Source: Clostridiales bacterium
GTDB taxonomy: Bacteria > Bacillota > Clostridia > Christensenellales > Borkfalkiaceae
Length of the DNA stretch: 64,000 bases
Assembly: GCA_015069495.1 (NCBI GenBank)
Contig: SVIN01000006.1
Span: 10,847 to 74,846 of the forward strand
Reading direction: 5' to 3'
Shown: one piece after another, positions 29,163 through 37,468 of the stretch
How the letters are laid out: every line of letters begins with the position of its first letter
Numbering within the stretch: the first letter of the stretch is position 1
Position numbers and translations under genes: made by a program
The notes under the pieces: model-generated
Database searches by the model: none
What the model saw: only the letters and a program-made list of their open reading frames with translations
What the model was told of the DNA's origin: nothing

Positions 29163-29191
29163 ATGGATTTTTGAGTAAGAGAGATACGAGT

Positions 29192-29737
29192 ATGAGAGTA
29201 ATTGGCGGACAATTTAGAAGCCGTGTTTTGGCGGAGTTTGCGGGCGATAACGTACGCCCGACGTCCGACCGCGCAAGGGAAGCGTTGTTTAATATTCTTT
29301 CCTTAAAAATTTACGGCGCGCGGGTGTTGGATTTGTTTGCGGGCAGCGGTGCGCTTGGGATTGAGAGTTTGTCCCGCGGGGCGAAAGAGGTTGTATTTAA
29401 CGACATTTCCAAAGACAGTATTGCCATCGTGAAGAAAAATTTAACCGCTTTAAAAATTGCGGTCAACGGCGAACAAGCAAAGGTGATGCAAAGCGATTAT
29501 CTTTCCTGCTTGGATATCGCGCGCGGGCAGTTTGATTTAATTTTTATTGATCCGCCCTATCGATTTGACTATGGGGAAAAGGCGTTGCAAAAAATTGCGC
29601 AACGCGGTTTGCTTAGTGAAAACGGGATTGCCGTGTACGAACGCGACGTACCGTTTGACGGTGAAATCGAGGGATTGGAAAAGTACGATCAGAGAAAATA
29701 CGGAAAAGCGTATTTGACCTTTTTTAAAAGAGGTTGA
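29192..29737 (+). CDS. rsmD: 16S rRNA (guanine966-N2)-methyltransferase
   Basis: MRVIGGQFRSR N-terminus, LDLFAGSGALGIE and FIDPPY motifs. Confidence 0.9.
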   Translation: MRVIGGQFRSRVLAEFAGDNVRPTSDRAREALFNILSLKIYGARVLDLFAGSGALGIESLSRGAKEVVFNDISKDSIAIVKKNLTALKIAVNGEQAKVMQSDYLSCLDIARGQFDLIFIDPPYRFDYGEKALQKIAQRGLLSENGIAVYERDVPFDGEIEGLEKYDQRKYGKAYLTFFKRG

Positions 29738-29740
29738 GGC

Positions 29741-30241
29741 ATGGAAAAACAGATCAGAAAATGCGTGTTTGCGGGTACGTTTGACCCATTGACTTTGGGA
29801 CATCAAAACTTGATTGAGGAGTGTTTAAAACTCTTTGACGAAGTAGTGGTTGCCATTTTGGTAAATCCTGCGAAGCAACCCTATTTCACATTGCAACAAA
29901 GACAAGATATGCTTGCTTTGGCGTTTGGACACGAACCGCGCGTGCGTGTGATTACTTCGGGAAATACGGTGGCGGAAATTCTGAAAGCGGAAAACACCCC
30001 CTTTTACGTTCGTGGGATTCGCAATTCGATTGACCTTGATTATGAAAACGCAAACTTTTACGCAAGTAAAAAATTGGATGCAAATTTGACGGCGGTATAT
30101 TTACCCTGCCCGCAACACTTGTTGCACGTTAGCTCGTCCATGGTGCGTAACAGTTTGAAATTTCACACCCCGATTGACGAGTACGTATCCAAACCAATAA
30201 AAAATTTCATAGAGAATGTAATAAAAGAAGGAGAGAAGTGA
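29741..30241 (+). CDS. coaD: pantetheine-phosphate adenylyltransferase
   Basis: FAGTFDPLTLGH nucleotidyltransferase motif and ISSSMVR. Confidence 0.93.
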   Translation: MEKQIRKCVFAGTFDPLTLGHQNLIEECLKLFDEVVVAILVNPAKQPYFTLQQRQDMLALAFGHEPRVRVITSGNTVAEILKAENTPFYVRGIRNSIDLDYENANFYASKKLDANLTAVYLPCPQHLLHVSSSMVRNSLKFHTPIDEYVSKPIKNFIENVIKEGEK

Positions 30242-30242
30242 T

Positions 30243-31265
30243 ATGTTAGAAAAACAAAATTATATTCCTGAACCCGAGGAATTTGTTGCGGAAAAGCCCT
30301 TAACGCCTGCGCTGATGGAAATCAAGAAACAGCGCGATGTGGAAATCCGTGACGTTATCGCAGGTAGAAGTGATAAAATGTTGGTGATCGTGGGACCTTG
30401 CTCTGCGCATGAACCCGCGCCTACGTTGGAATATATTTCCCGCTTGGGTAAGCTGAACGAGAAAGTGAAAGATAAATTGGTCATCGTTCCACGTATTTAT
30501 ACCAACAAACCTCGTACCAAGGGTGTGGGGTATAAGGGGATGTTCTTGCAACCTGATCCTGAAGGCATGGCGGATATTGTGCGTGGTATCCGCAGTATCC
30601 GCGCGTTGCACCTTGCAGCGATGAACGAATCGGGTTTGACCTCGGCAGATGAAATGCTGTACCCTGAAAATACTTCGTACGTAGAAGACTTGCTTTCCTA
30701 TTATGCAATTGGCGCGCGTAGTGTTGAGGATCAACTTCACCGTCAAGTGGCAAGCGGCGTGGACGCGCCCGTAGGGTTGAAGAACCCGATGAGCGGGAAT
30801 ATTATAGCGTTATTAAATTCGATTTTTGCGGCGCAGAGTCCACAGATTTTTAAATACAGAAACTATCAGGTAAGTTCCAACGGTAATCCCTATGCGCATG
30901 CGATTTTGCGTGGCGGTGTGGATGGTTCGGGGGCTGACGTACCAAATTTCCACTACGAAACGGTTATGCAACTTGCAGAGCTTTACAAGGGTAGTAAATT
31001 GGAAAACCCTGCCATTATCATCGATTGCAATCATTCTAATTCTGGTAAGAAGTTTAAACAGCAAATCCGTATCGCGCATGAAGTGATGCAAAACCGTAAA
31101 TTTGACGAGGAATTTAAGAAAATTATCAAAGGGTTTATGATTGAAAGTTTCTTGGTGGAAGGGAATCAGGCGCATGACGAAGTGTTTGGTAAATCCATCA
31201 CGGACCCTTGTATCGGCTGGGAAGATACCGAACGGTTGCTGTGTAATATTGCAGAACAAGTATAA
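30243..31265 (+). CDS. aroF: 3-deoxy-7-phosphoheptulonate (DAHP) synthase, class I
   Basis: 340 aa with GPCSAHE, NKPRTKGVGYKG and IIDCNHSNS motifs. Confidence 0.88.
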   Translation: MLEKQNYIPEPEEFVAEKPLTPALMEIKKQRDVEIRDVIAGRSDKMLVIVGPCSAHEPAPTLEYISRLGKLNEKVKDKLVIVPRIYTNKPRTKGVGYKGMFLQPDPEGMADIVRGIRSIRALHLAAMNESGLTSADEMLYPENTSYVEDLLSYYAIGARSVEDQLHRQVASGVDAPVGLKNPMSGNIIALLNSIFAAQSPQIFKYRNYQVSSNGNPYAHAILRGGVDGSGADVPNFHYETVMQLAELYKGSKLENPAIIIDCNHSNSGKKFKQQIRIAHEVMQNRKFDEEFKKIIKGFMIESFLVEGNQAHDEVFGKSITDPCIGWEDTERLLCNIAEQV

Positions 31266-31289
31266 ATGCGGTAGAAAGAGGTAAAAAAT

Positions 31290-32144
31290 ATGAAGATAGC
31301 ATTTTTAGGGCCGGAAGGGAGTTATTCACATTTGGCTGCGAAAGCTTTCTTGGAGAGTGAAAAAAGAGCGCAAAACGAAGGGCGCGGTTGGGACGAGTGT
31401 ATCCCGTTCCGCAATTTTTCCGAGGTGCTTGCCGCGGTAGGAAGCGGTAAAGCGGATGCGGCGGTATTGCCCATTGAGAACAGTTTGCAAGGCGGCGTAT
31501 CGCAAAACTTAGATTTATTGCAATCGGCAGACAACGTATATGCGGTCAAGGAGTACGTACTTCCCATTGAACATCATTTGATTTACAAGGAAGGGGTAAA
31601 GTTGTCCGAAATCGGACGTGTGTATTCGCACCGTCAAGCTTTGGATCAATGTGTAGAATATTTGGATAGAGAGCTTCCATTCGCTTCCTTGCGTGAAACG
31701 GAGTCGACGGCGTTTGGTTTGACCAAAGCCATGGAAGACGAATCGGGTAAAAGCGCAGCGATTGCAGGCGCGCATACGTTACACCTTCGCAATGGGTTTG
31801 TGGTGGGGAAAGAATGTATCTCGGACGAGAAACGGAACTTTACCCATTTCTTGTTGGTGAAGAAAGGGGAAGAGGCTTTGCCTACGCACAGCGAAAGGGT
31901 CTTCTTTTCGGCTGCTTGTCCGCATAGAAAGAGAAGCTTGTTAGCGTTGTTGCAGATTATTGCGGATTACGATATCAACATGACGAAGATTGAAAGCCGT
32001 CCGGTAAAAGACCAGCCTGGGCATTTCCGTTTTTTTATCGAGGCCGAATGCGACATCGCTTCGCCCGAGGTTTTGGAGATGTTGGCGGCGATTAGAGCGA
32101 GTACGTTAGAATGTAAATTATTGGGCGCGTATAGTTGCAATTGA
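31290..32144 (+). CDS. pheA: prephenate dehydratase
   Basis: FLGPEGSYSH, ENSLQGGV and a TRF-like ACT region (TKIESRP). Confidence 0.9.
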   Translation: MKIAFLGPEGSYSHLAAKAFLESEKRAQNEGRGWDECIPFRNFSEVLAAVGSGKADAAVLPIENSLQGGVSQNLDLLQSADNVYAVKEYVLPIEHHLIYKEGVKLSEIGRVYSHRQALDQCVEYLDRELPFASLRETESTAFGLTKAMEDESGKSAAIAGAHTLHLRNGFVVGKECISDEKRNFTHFLLVKKGEEALPTHSERVFFSAACPHRKRSLLALLQIIADYDINMTKIESRPVKDQPGHFRFFIEAECDIASPEVLEMLAAIRASTLECKLLGAYSCN

Positions 32145-32146
32145 GC

Positions 32147-32169
32147 TTCAACGCATACATGGTATGCCC
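32147..32169 (-). repeat. long palindromic variant (pheA|patatin spacer, reverse orientation)
   Basis: Reverse complement is GGGCATACCATGTATGCGTTGAA. GCATAC-CAT-GTATGC inverted repeat. Confidence 0.7.
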
Positions 32170-32199
32170 ATTTTAAAAGATAAGGATGAGGAAAAGAGT

Positions 32200-32979
32200 A
32201 TGAAAACACTTGGTTTGGCGCTTGGCGCGGGCGGTAGCCGCGGCGTTGCGCATATTGGTTTTTTAAAAGCGTTAGAGGAAGCGGGGATGAAACCCGATTA
32301 TATTGTAGGTTGTTCCATGGGTTCGGTCGTAGGGGGAGCCTATGCGGCGGGTGTTAGCGTGGATTATATGCGCGAGGTAGTGTGCAAGCTTCGCCTTTTG
32401 GATTTGGCTACACCTTCCAAACAAAAGGGCGGATTGATTGGCAATACCAAAATCCGCGCATTGCTTTGCAAACATATCGGAGATATTACTTTTGAAGATT
32501 TGAAATTGCCTTTTCGCTGTGTGGCGGTGGATATGTTGAAACAAGAGGTGGTCGAGTTCTCTAAAGGAAGCGTTATTGATGCAATCGTAGCTTCGTCGGC
32601 TATACCTGCATTGTTTCCTCCTTTGCATTCGGATGAAAGGCGTTTGATTGACGGCGGGGTATTGGAACGTGTTCCCGCTATGCGTGTGAAGCATTTGGGC
32701 GCGGACGTTGTTGTTGCCGTAGACGTGCTTGGATGGAGAAAGGCGAGTGAAAAAGTTCCTGGCCCCATCGGGGTTTCTTTAGAGACATTTGATATTATGG
32801 ATAATTACCTCACGCGCGAATATCATAAGAAACATAAAAAACATATCGATTTTTGGTTGGAGGCAGACCTTGGCGACGTAAGCCAATATTCATTTAAACA
32901 GCTCAACGAGGTGTACGAAAAGGGTTACGCATTGGGGAAAGCCAACGCGGACGCCATTAAAAAGGCGTTGGAAGAGTAA
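32200..32979 (+). CDS. patatin-like phospholipase
   Basis: GAGGSRG oxyanion loop, GCSMGS nucleophile elbow and a DGG motif. Confidence 0.88.
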   Translation: MKTLGLALGAGGSRGVAHIGFLKALEEAGMKPDYIVGCSMGSVVGGAYAAGVSVDYMREVVCKLRLLDLATPSKQKGGLIGNTKIRALLCKHIGDITFEDLKLPFRCVAVDMLKQEVVEFSKGSVIDAIVASSAIPALFPPLHSDERRLIDGGVLERVPAMRVKHLGADVVVAVDVLGWRKASEKVPGPIGVSLETFDIMDNYLTREYHKKHKKHIDFWLEADLGDVSQYSFKQLNEVYEKGYALGKANADAIKKALEE

Positions 32980-32985
32980 GAATAT

Positions 32986-34296
32986 ATGATGGATTTATTT
33001 GATTTTAACAATCACGAAGAAACAGCGAAACCGCTTGCAGAACGCATGCGCGCAAATACGCTGGATGAATTTATCGGGCAGAGACATATCGTTTCGGAAG
33101 GCTCGTTGCTTCGGCGCGCAATTTCAATTGACCGTTTGGGCAGTTGTATTTTTTGGGGGCCTCCCGGATGCGGGAAGACAACGCTTGCCAATATTATCGC
33201 CATGCAAACGAATGGGGAATTTGTCAAGTTGAACGCTGTTAACGCAGGGGTTGCGGACGTGAAAAAAGCGGTGGATAAGGCGCGTGACGATTTGAAAATG
33301 TACGGCAAACGCACTTATTTGCTGTTGGATGAATGTCACCGTTTTAATAAAACGCAAAGCGATTCTTTGTTGCCTGCGATTGAACAGGGGACGATTATCT
33401 TTATCGGCTCAACCACTGAAAATCCCTATGCGTCCATGACGCCTGCTATCGTGTCTCGCTGCCGCGTGTTTGAATTTAAACATTTGACAGACGAAGATAT
33501 CATCGGCGCGTTACGTTCGGCGTTGAAAAATCGCCATAAGGGGCTTGGAAAACAAAATATTACCGCGGATGACGATGCGGTGGAACATATCGCCCGCACA
33601 GCGGGCGGGGATTTGCGCACGGCATACAATGCGTTGGAACTTGCCGCGCTGACCTCGAACCCCGATGGGGATGGCAAGGTACATATTACGTTAGCGGATG
33701 CGGAGCAATCCATTCAAAGGAAAGCGCTTTCCTATAATCAGGATTCTTACTATGATTTCCTTTCCGCATTCTGTAAATCCTTGCGCGGAAGCGACGCCAA
33801 CGCCGCACTGTATTACGCGATGCGATTGCTTGAGGGCGGTTGCGATCCCATGTTGGTGGCGCGCCGTTTGGTGGTGCATTCGGCGGAAGACGTGGGGATG
33901 GCTGACCCGCGTGCATTGCAAATTGCGACGTCTGCAATGTATGCCTTGGAAAAGATTGGGTATCCCGAAGCGCGCATTCCTTTGGCTGAAGCCATCATTT
34001 ACGTGTGTGAAGCGGATAAGAGTAACTCGGTGGTTGAGGCAATGTATGCGGCGGTGCATGATGCGCACGAAGTCCGCGACGACAATATTCCGCCCTATTT
34101 GAAGGATAATTCAAAGGGGAGTGCGGAGGATAAGGCGCAGAGTAAAAATTATAAATATCCCCATGATTACGGCGGGTATGTCGAACAGCAATATTTGCCC
34201 GATTCATTAAAGGACAAAATTTATTACAAGCCGACGGACAACGGCTATGAACAAACGGTGCAAGAAATTCGGAGAAAAAAGGGTAAGAAAAACTAA
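32986..34296 (+). CDS. rarA: replication-associated recombination protein A (AAA ATPase)
   Basis: GPPGCGKTT Walker A, LLLDECHRFNK Walker B and the MgsA C-terminal region. Confidence 0.93.
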   Translation: MMDLFDFNNHEETAKPLAERMRANTLDEFIGQRHIVSEGSLLRRAISIDRLGSCIFWGPPGCGKTTLANIIAMQTNGEFVKLNAVNAGVADVKKAVDKARDDLKMYGKRTYLLLDECHRFNKTQSDSLLPAIEQGTIIFIGSTTENPYASMTPAIVSRCRVFEFKHLTDEDIIGALRSALKNRHKGLGKQNITADDDAVEHIARTAGGDLRTAYNALELAALTSNPDGDGKVHITLADAEQSIQRKALSYNQDSYYDFLSAFCKSLRGSDANAALYYAMRLLEGGCDPMLVARRLVVHSAEDVGMADPRALQIATSAMYALEKIGYPEARIPLAEAIIYVCEADKSNSVVEAMYAAVHDAHEVRDDNIPPYLKDNSKGSAEDKAQSKNYKYPHDYGGYVEQQYLPDSLKDKIYYKPTDNGYEQTVQEIRRKKGKKN

Positions 34297-34299
34297 AAC

Positions 34300-34322
34300 G
34301 GCCATACCATGTATGCGTTGAA
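34300..34322 (+). repeat. long variant (rarA|lipoprotein spacer)
   Basis: GGCCATACCATGTATGCGTTGAA. Confidence 0.7.
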
Positions 34323-34359
34323 ATATAAATTGAATCATTCCAATAAGGAGGGGAAAACT

Positions 34360-35886
34360 ATGAAAAAATCAGTGATTGCAACTATGTTGGCGAGCGTGTT
34401 GACGTTCGGTGTGCTTGGTACGGGTTGTCAAATTCACAACAGTTTTGACAGCCTTGTGCCCGATGCCTACGGCGAGTGGGAAAACCATTATATTTACCGC
34501 GGAAACGTACGCAGTAAAACGACGGGGGAAGAGAGTACATATTTGGTGACCGAAGTATCCGCGGACAAGGAAACCTATACGGTGGAATCTTGTTTGGATT
34601 CGGATATTTTAGGGGATGATTTGTATCTGTGCTTATCCTTGTCAGAGCCCGAAAGCAACGGTTTGGAAACGAAATACGCCTTGGTGTGTTACAATATCAA
34701 GAATAAAACGCAGGAAACTTTGATGTTGGATTATACCTATCAAGACGAGGCGGGAGGTACTTACACCTTTCATCCCTACTCGATTGATGCCCTGCATGGG
34801 GATGGGCAGATTGTTTTATACGGTCAGCGCGAAGAGGTTACGGTAGATAATAACGGACAAGAAAAAACAGAGTATATGGCAACTTACTTCACGTTTAGCT
34901 GTGAAACGATGAGCGGATATGAAACGCCGTTTATGTGGGAAGGTTATATGCGAAACGGCGGGTATTACTTTACCAAAACTATAGCGGATGAGGAAGCGCA
35001 GACCGCATCCGTATATTATGGCATGTGGGGGATGCAGGAACCTGTATTTATGGCGAGTGTGGATGGTTCGGATGGGAAGCGCACGGAAACGGAATTTGTG
35101 GAAAAGAATGGTGCAAGAGGTTTTCTTTTGACGACGTATTCCTCTAAGAATAATATGTATGGCACGCAGGAAGATTGTTTGCAGAGGATATCTTTTTATA
35201 ACCTTACTACGGCGACCTTGACAACCTTGTTTGAAGGGGATGATTTTGTGGATTGGGTGAACGTTCCCGACAATGAATATTTCCTGACTTACGCCTACGA
35301 TACGGTGACTTATACCCAAAAGAATAGTTTATTTGAGTCCGCACAAACGTATACGACAAGCGTGAAACAGAATTGTATTTTACGTCAAATCGTTTATTCA
35401 GCCAATGGCGCGGAGTTGAAAACGGCTTATGAATTTGATAACGGTGTGAGTGTGAACAATATACAAGGGATTGAAAAGGACGGCTGTTTGTACGCATCTG
35501 TCGAATGGTATGAAAATGCGGGGATTTTGAATAAAGGCGGGTATAAATCCCAACGCTCTAAAATGGATTTGTCGGTCGGTAAAATGACGGAGGCGGACAG
35601 TGAAGAATGGGCTACGAGCTCTGCACGCTGTTACGGTTCGTATGCATTATACAACAAACCTACGTGCGAAGGTTACGCTTATTATGTGGAAAGTGTGGCT
35701 TTAACCACGGTCAATAACAGCACGTCGTATGCGTATCGTTTGAAGCGGTTTGATTCGAATACGAAAAAGACGGACGTTATGCAACTGTGGAAGGGGATTG
35801 GTACGCAAGAGGGTGAAAAATATTCGGCGATGATGTGGAGAGATAACGGCGGAGATTATTCGAAGTTTGTCGTTCGAAATTACTAA
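34360..35886 (+). CDS. hypothetical lipoprotein
   Basis: MKKSVIATMLASVLTFGVLGTGC signal peptide with lipobox. AGGAGGGG SD. No family recognised. Confidence 0.6.
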   Translation: MKKSVIATMLASVLTFGVLGTGCQIHNSFDSLVPDAYGEWENHYIYRGNVRSKTTGEESTYLVTEVSADKETYTVESCLDSDILGDDLYLCLSLSEPESNGLETKYALVCYNIKNKTQETLMLDYTYQDEAGGTYTFHPYSIDALHGDGQIVLYGQREEVTVDNNGQEKTEYMATYFTFSCETMSGYETPFMWEGYMRNGGYYFTKTIADEEAQTASVYYGMWGMQEPVFMASVDGSDGKRTETEFVEKNGARGFLLTTYSSKNNMYGTQEDCLQRISFYNLTTATLTTLFEGDDFVDWVNVPDNEYFLTYAYDTVTYTQKNSLFESAQTYTTSVKQNCILRQIVYSANGAELKTAYEFDNGVSVNNIQGIEKDGCLYASVEWYENAGILNKGGYKSQRSKMDLSVGKMTEADSEEWATSSARCYGSYALYNKPTCEGYAYYVESVALTTVNNSTSYAYRLKRFDSNTKKTDVMQLWKGIGTQEGEKYSAMMWRDNGGDYSKFVVRNY

Positions 35887-35899
35887 CAAAGTAAAAAAT

Positions 35900-35922
35900 G
35901 GGCGTACCATGTACGCGTTGGA
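35900..35922 (+). repeat. long palindromic variant (lipoprotein|nrdR spacer)
   Basis: GGGCGTACCATGTACGCGTTGGA. GCGTAC-CAT-GTACGC inverted repeat. Confidence 0.7.
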
Positions 35923-35930
35923 GATAAAAA

Positions 35931-36401
35931 ATGAAATGTCTTTATTGTAACTGTACGGACAGCAAAGTGGTCGATTCGCGCGCGGCGGACGACGATAAAG
36001 CTATCAGAAGGCGTCGCGAATGTACGGGGTGCGGGCGGAGGTTTACCACCTATGAAACCATTGAATTTGCACCTGTATTGGTGGTGAAAAACAACGGCAC
36101 TAGACAATCGTACAATGCGGAAAAGGTGCGTAACGGGATTATTAAATCGTGTGAAAAACGCCCCGTGCCCATGCACGTGATTGACGAGATGGTTTCGGAT
36201 ATTTCCAAGCAAGTTTACAACAGTATGGAAAGCGAAATCAGCAGTAAAGAAATTGGGGAAATGGTCATGGAACGATTGAAAAAGGTGGACGAGGTTTCCT
36301 ACGTGCGCTATGCTTCCGTGTACCGCTCGTTTAAGGATTTGTCCTCGTTTATGGCAGAATTGAAACAGATGATGAAAGCGGAAAAAAAGGAAAATAAATA
36401 G
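35931..36401 (+). CDS. nrdR: transcriptional repressor NrdR
   Basis: MKCLYCN...CTGCGRRFTTYE zinc ribbon plus ATP-cone. Confidence 0.95.
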   Translation: MKCLYCNCTDSKVVDSRAADDDKAIRRRRECTGCGRRFTTYETIEFAPVLVVKNNGTRQSYNAEKVRNGIIKSCEKRPVPMHVIDEMVSDISKQVYNSMESEISSKEIGEMVMERLKKVDEVSYVRYASVYRSFKDLSSFMAELKQMMKAEKKENK

Positions 36402-36409
36402 GGGTAATC

Positions 36410-37468
36410 ATGCACAATCAAACAACAAAACTCGTAAAGGTCGGCGGGGTTTCGCTCGGCGGCGGTTCGGGGGTAAAAATTCAATCGATGACTACGACGA
36501 AAACAGCGGATTTGGATGCGACCGTTTCACAGATTCACGCTTTGGAAAAGGCGGGTTGTGAAATCATCCGCGTGGCGGTTTCGGATGAGGCGGATGCTTT
36601 GGCGATTGCTTCGGTCAAGGAAAAAATACATATTCCGCTTGTGGCGGATATTCACTTTTCCCCCAAGCTTGCCGTGATGGCGATTGAAAGCGGGGCGGAT
36701 AAGGTGCGTATTAACCCTGGCAATATCGGCGGTGAAGCGGAAATCAAGTACGTTGCCGATTGCGTGAAAGCGCATAAAATCCCCGTGCGCGTCGGTTCGA
36801 ATACGGGCAGTATTGAAAAACATTTCCTTGCACAGTACGGTAAGAGTGCGAATGCCTTGGTGGAAAGCGCATTGTACAACGTTGGGATTTTGGAAAAATT
36901 CGGGGTCGACGATATCGTGATTTCGGTAAAGGCTTCGGATGTGAAATTGACGGTAGACGCGTACATGCTATTGGCAAAGCGTACTTCGTACCCCTTACAC
37001 CTTGGGGTGACGGAAGCGGGGACAACGGAAGCGGGGATTGTGAAAAGTGCGGTTGGCATCGGCAGTTTGTTGTTGAACGGTATCGGGGATACCATTCGTG
37101 TTTCTTTGACAGATAACCCCGTAAAGGAAGTCTATGCAGCGCAAAATATTTTACGTGCCTGCGGGTTAGATGAACAGTTTGTCGAGGTGGTTTCCTGCCC
37201 GACTTGCGGTCGGTGCGAATGGGAAAGCATGTCGCTTGCAGAAAAGGTAACGGACTTTGTGCGTCCCTATAAAAAATCAGCGAAAATTGCGGTGATGGGC
37301 TGTGTAGTCAATGGTCCGGGCGAGGCGAAAGACGCGGATTTGGGGATTGCGGGCGGTAAGGGTTCTTGCTTGATTTTTAAGAAAGGCGAGCCGTTTAAAA
37401 AGGTATCGGCGGATTGTGCCGAAGAAGAATTTTTTAAGGAAATAAGGTTGTTGTTGGATGGCGAGTAA
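36410..37468 (+). CDS. ispG: 4-hydroxy-3-methylbut-2-en-1-yl diphosphate synthase
   Basis: IQSMT, RINPGNIG and SCPTCGR motifs. Confidence 0.94.
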   Translation: MHNQTTKLVKVGGVSLGGGSGVKIQSMTTTKTADLDATVSQIHALEKAGCEIIRVAVSDEADALAIASVKEKIHIPLVADIHFSPKLAVMAIESGADKVRINPGNIGGEAEIKYVADCVKAHKIPVRVGSNTGSIEKHFLAQYGKSANALVESALYNVGILEKFGVDDIVISVKASDVKLTVDAYMLLAKRTSYPLHLGVTEAGTTEAGIVKSAVGIGSLLLNGIGDTIRVSLTDNPVKEVYAAQNILRACGLDEQFVEVVSCPTCGRCEWESMSLAEKVTDFVRPYKKSAKIAVMGCVVNGPGEAKDADLGIAGGKGSCLIFKKGEPFKKVSADCAEEEFFKEIRLLLDGE

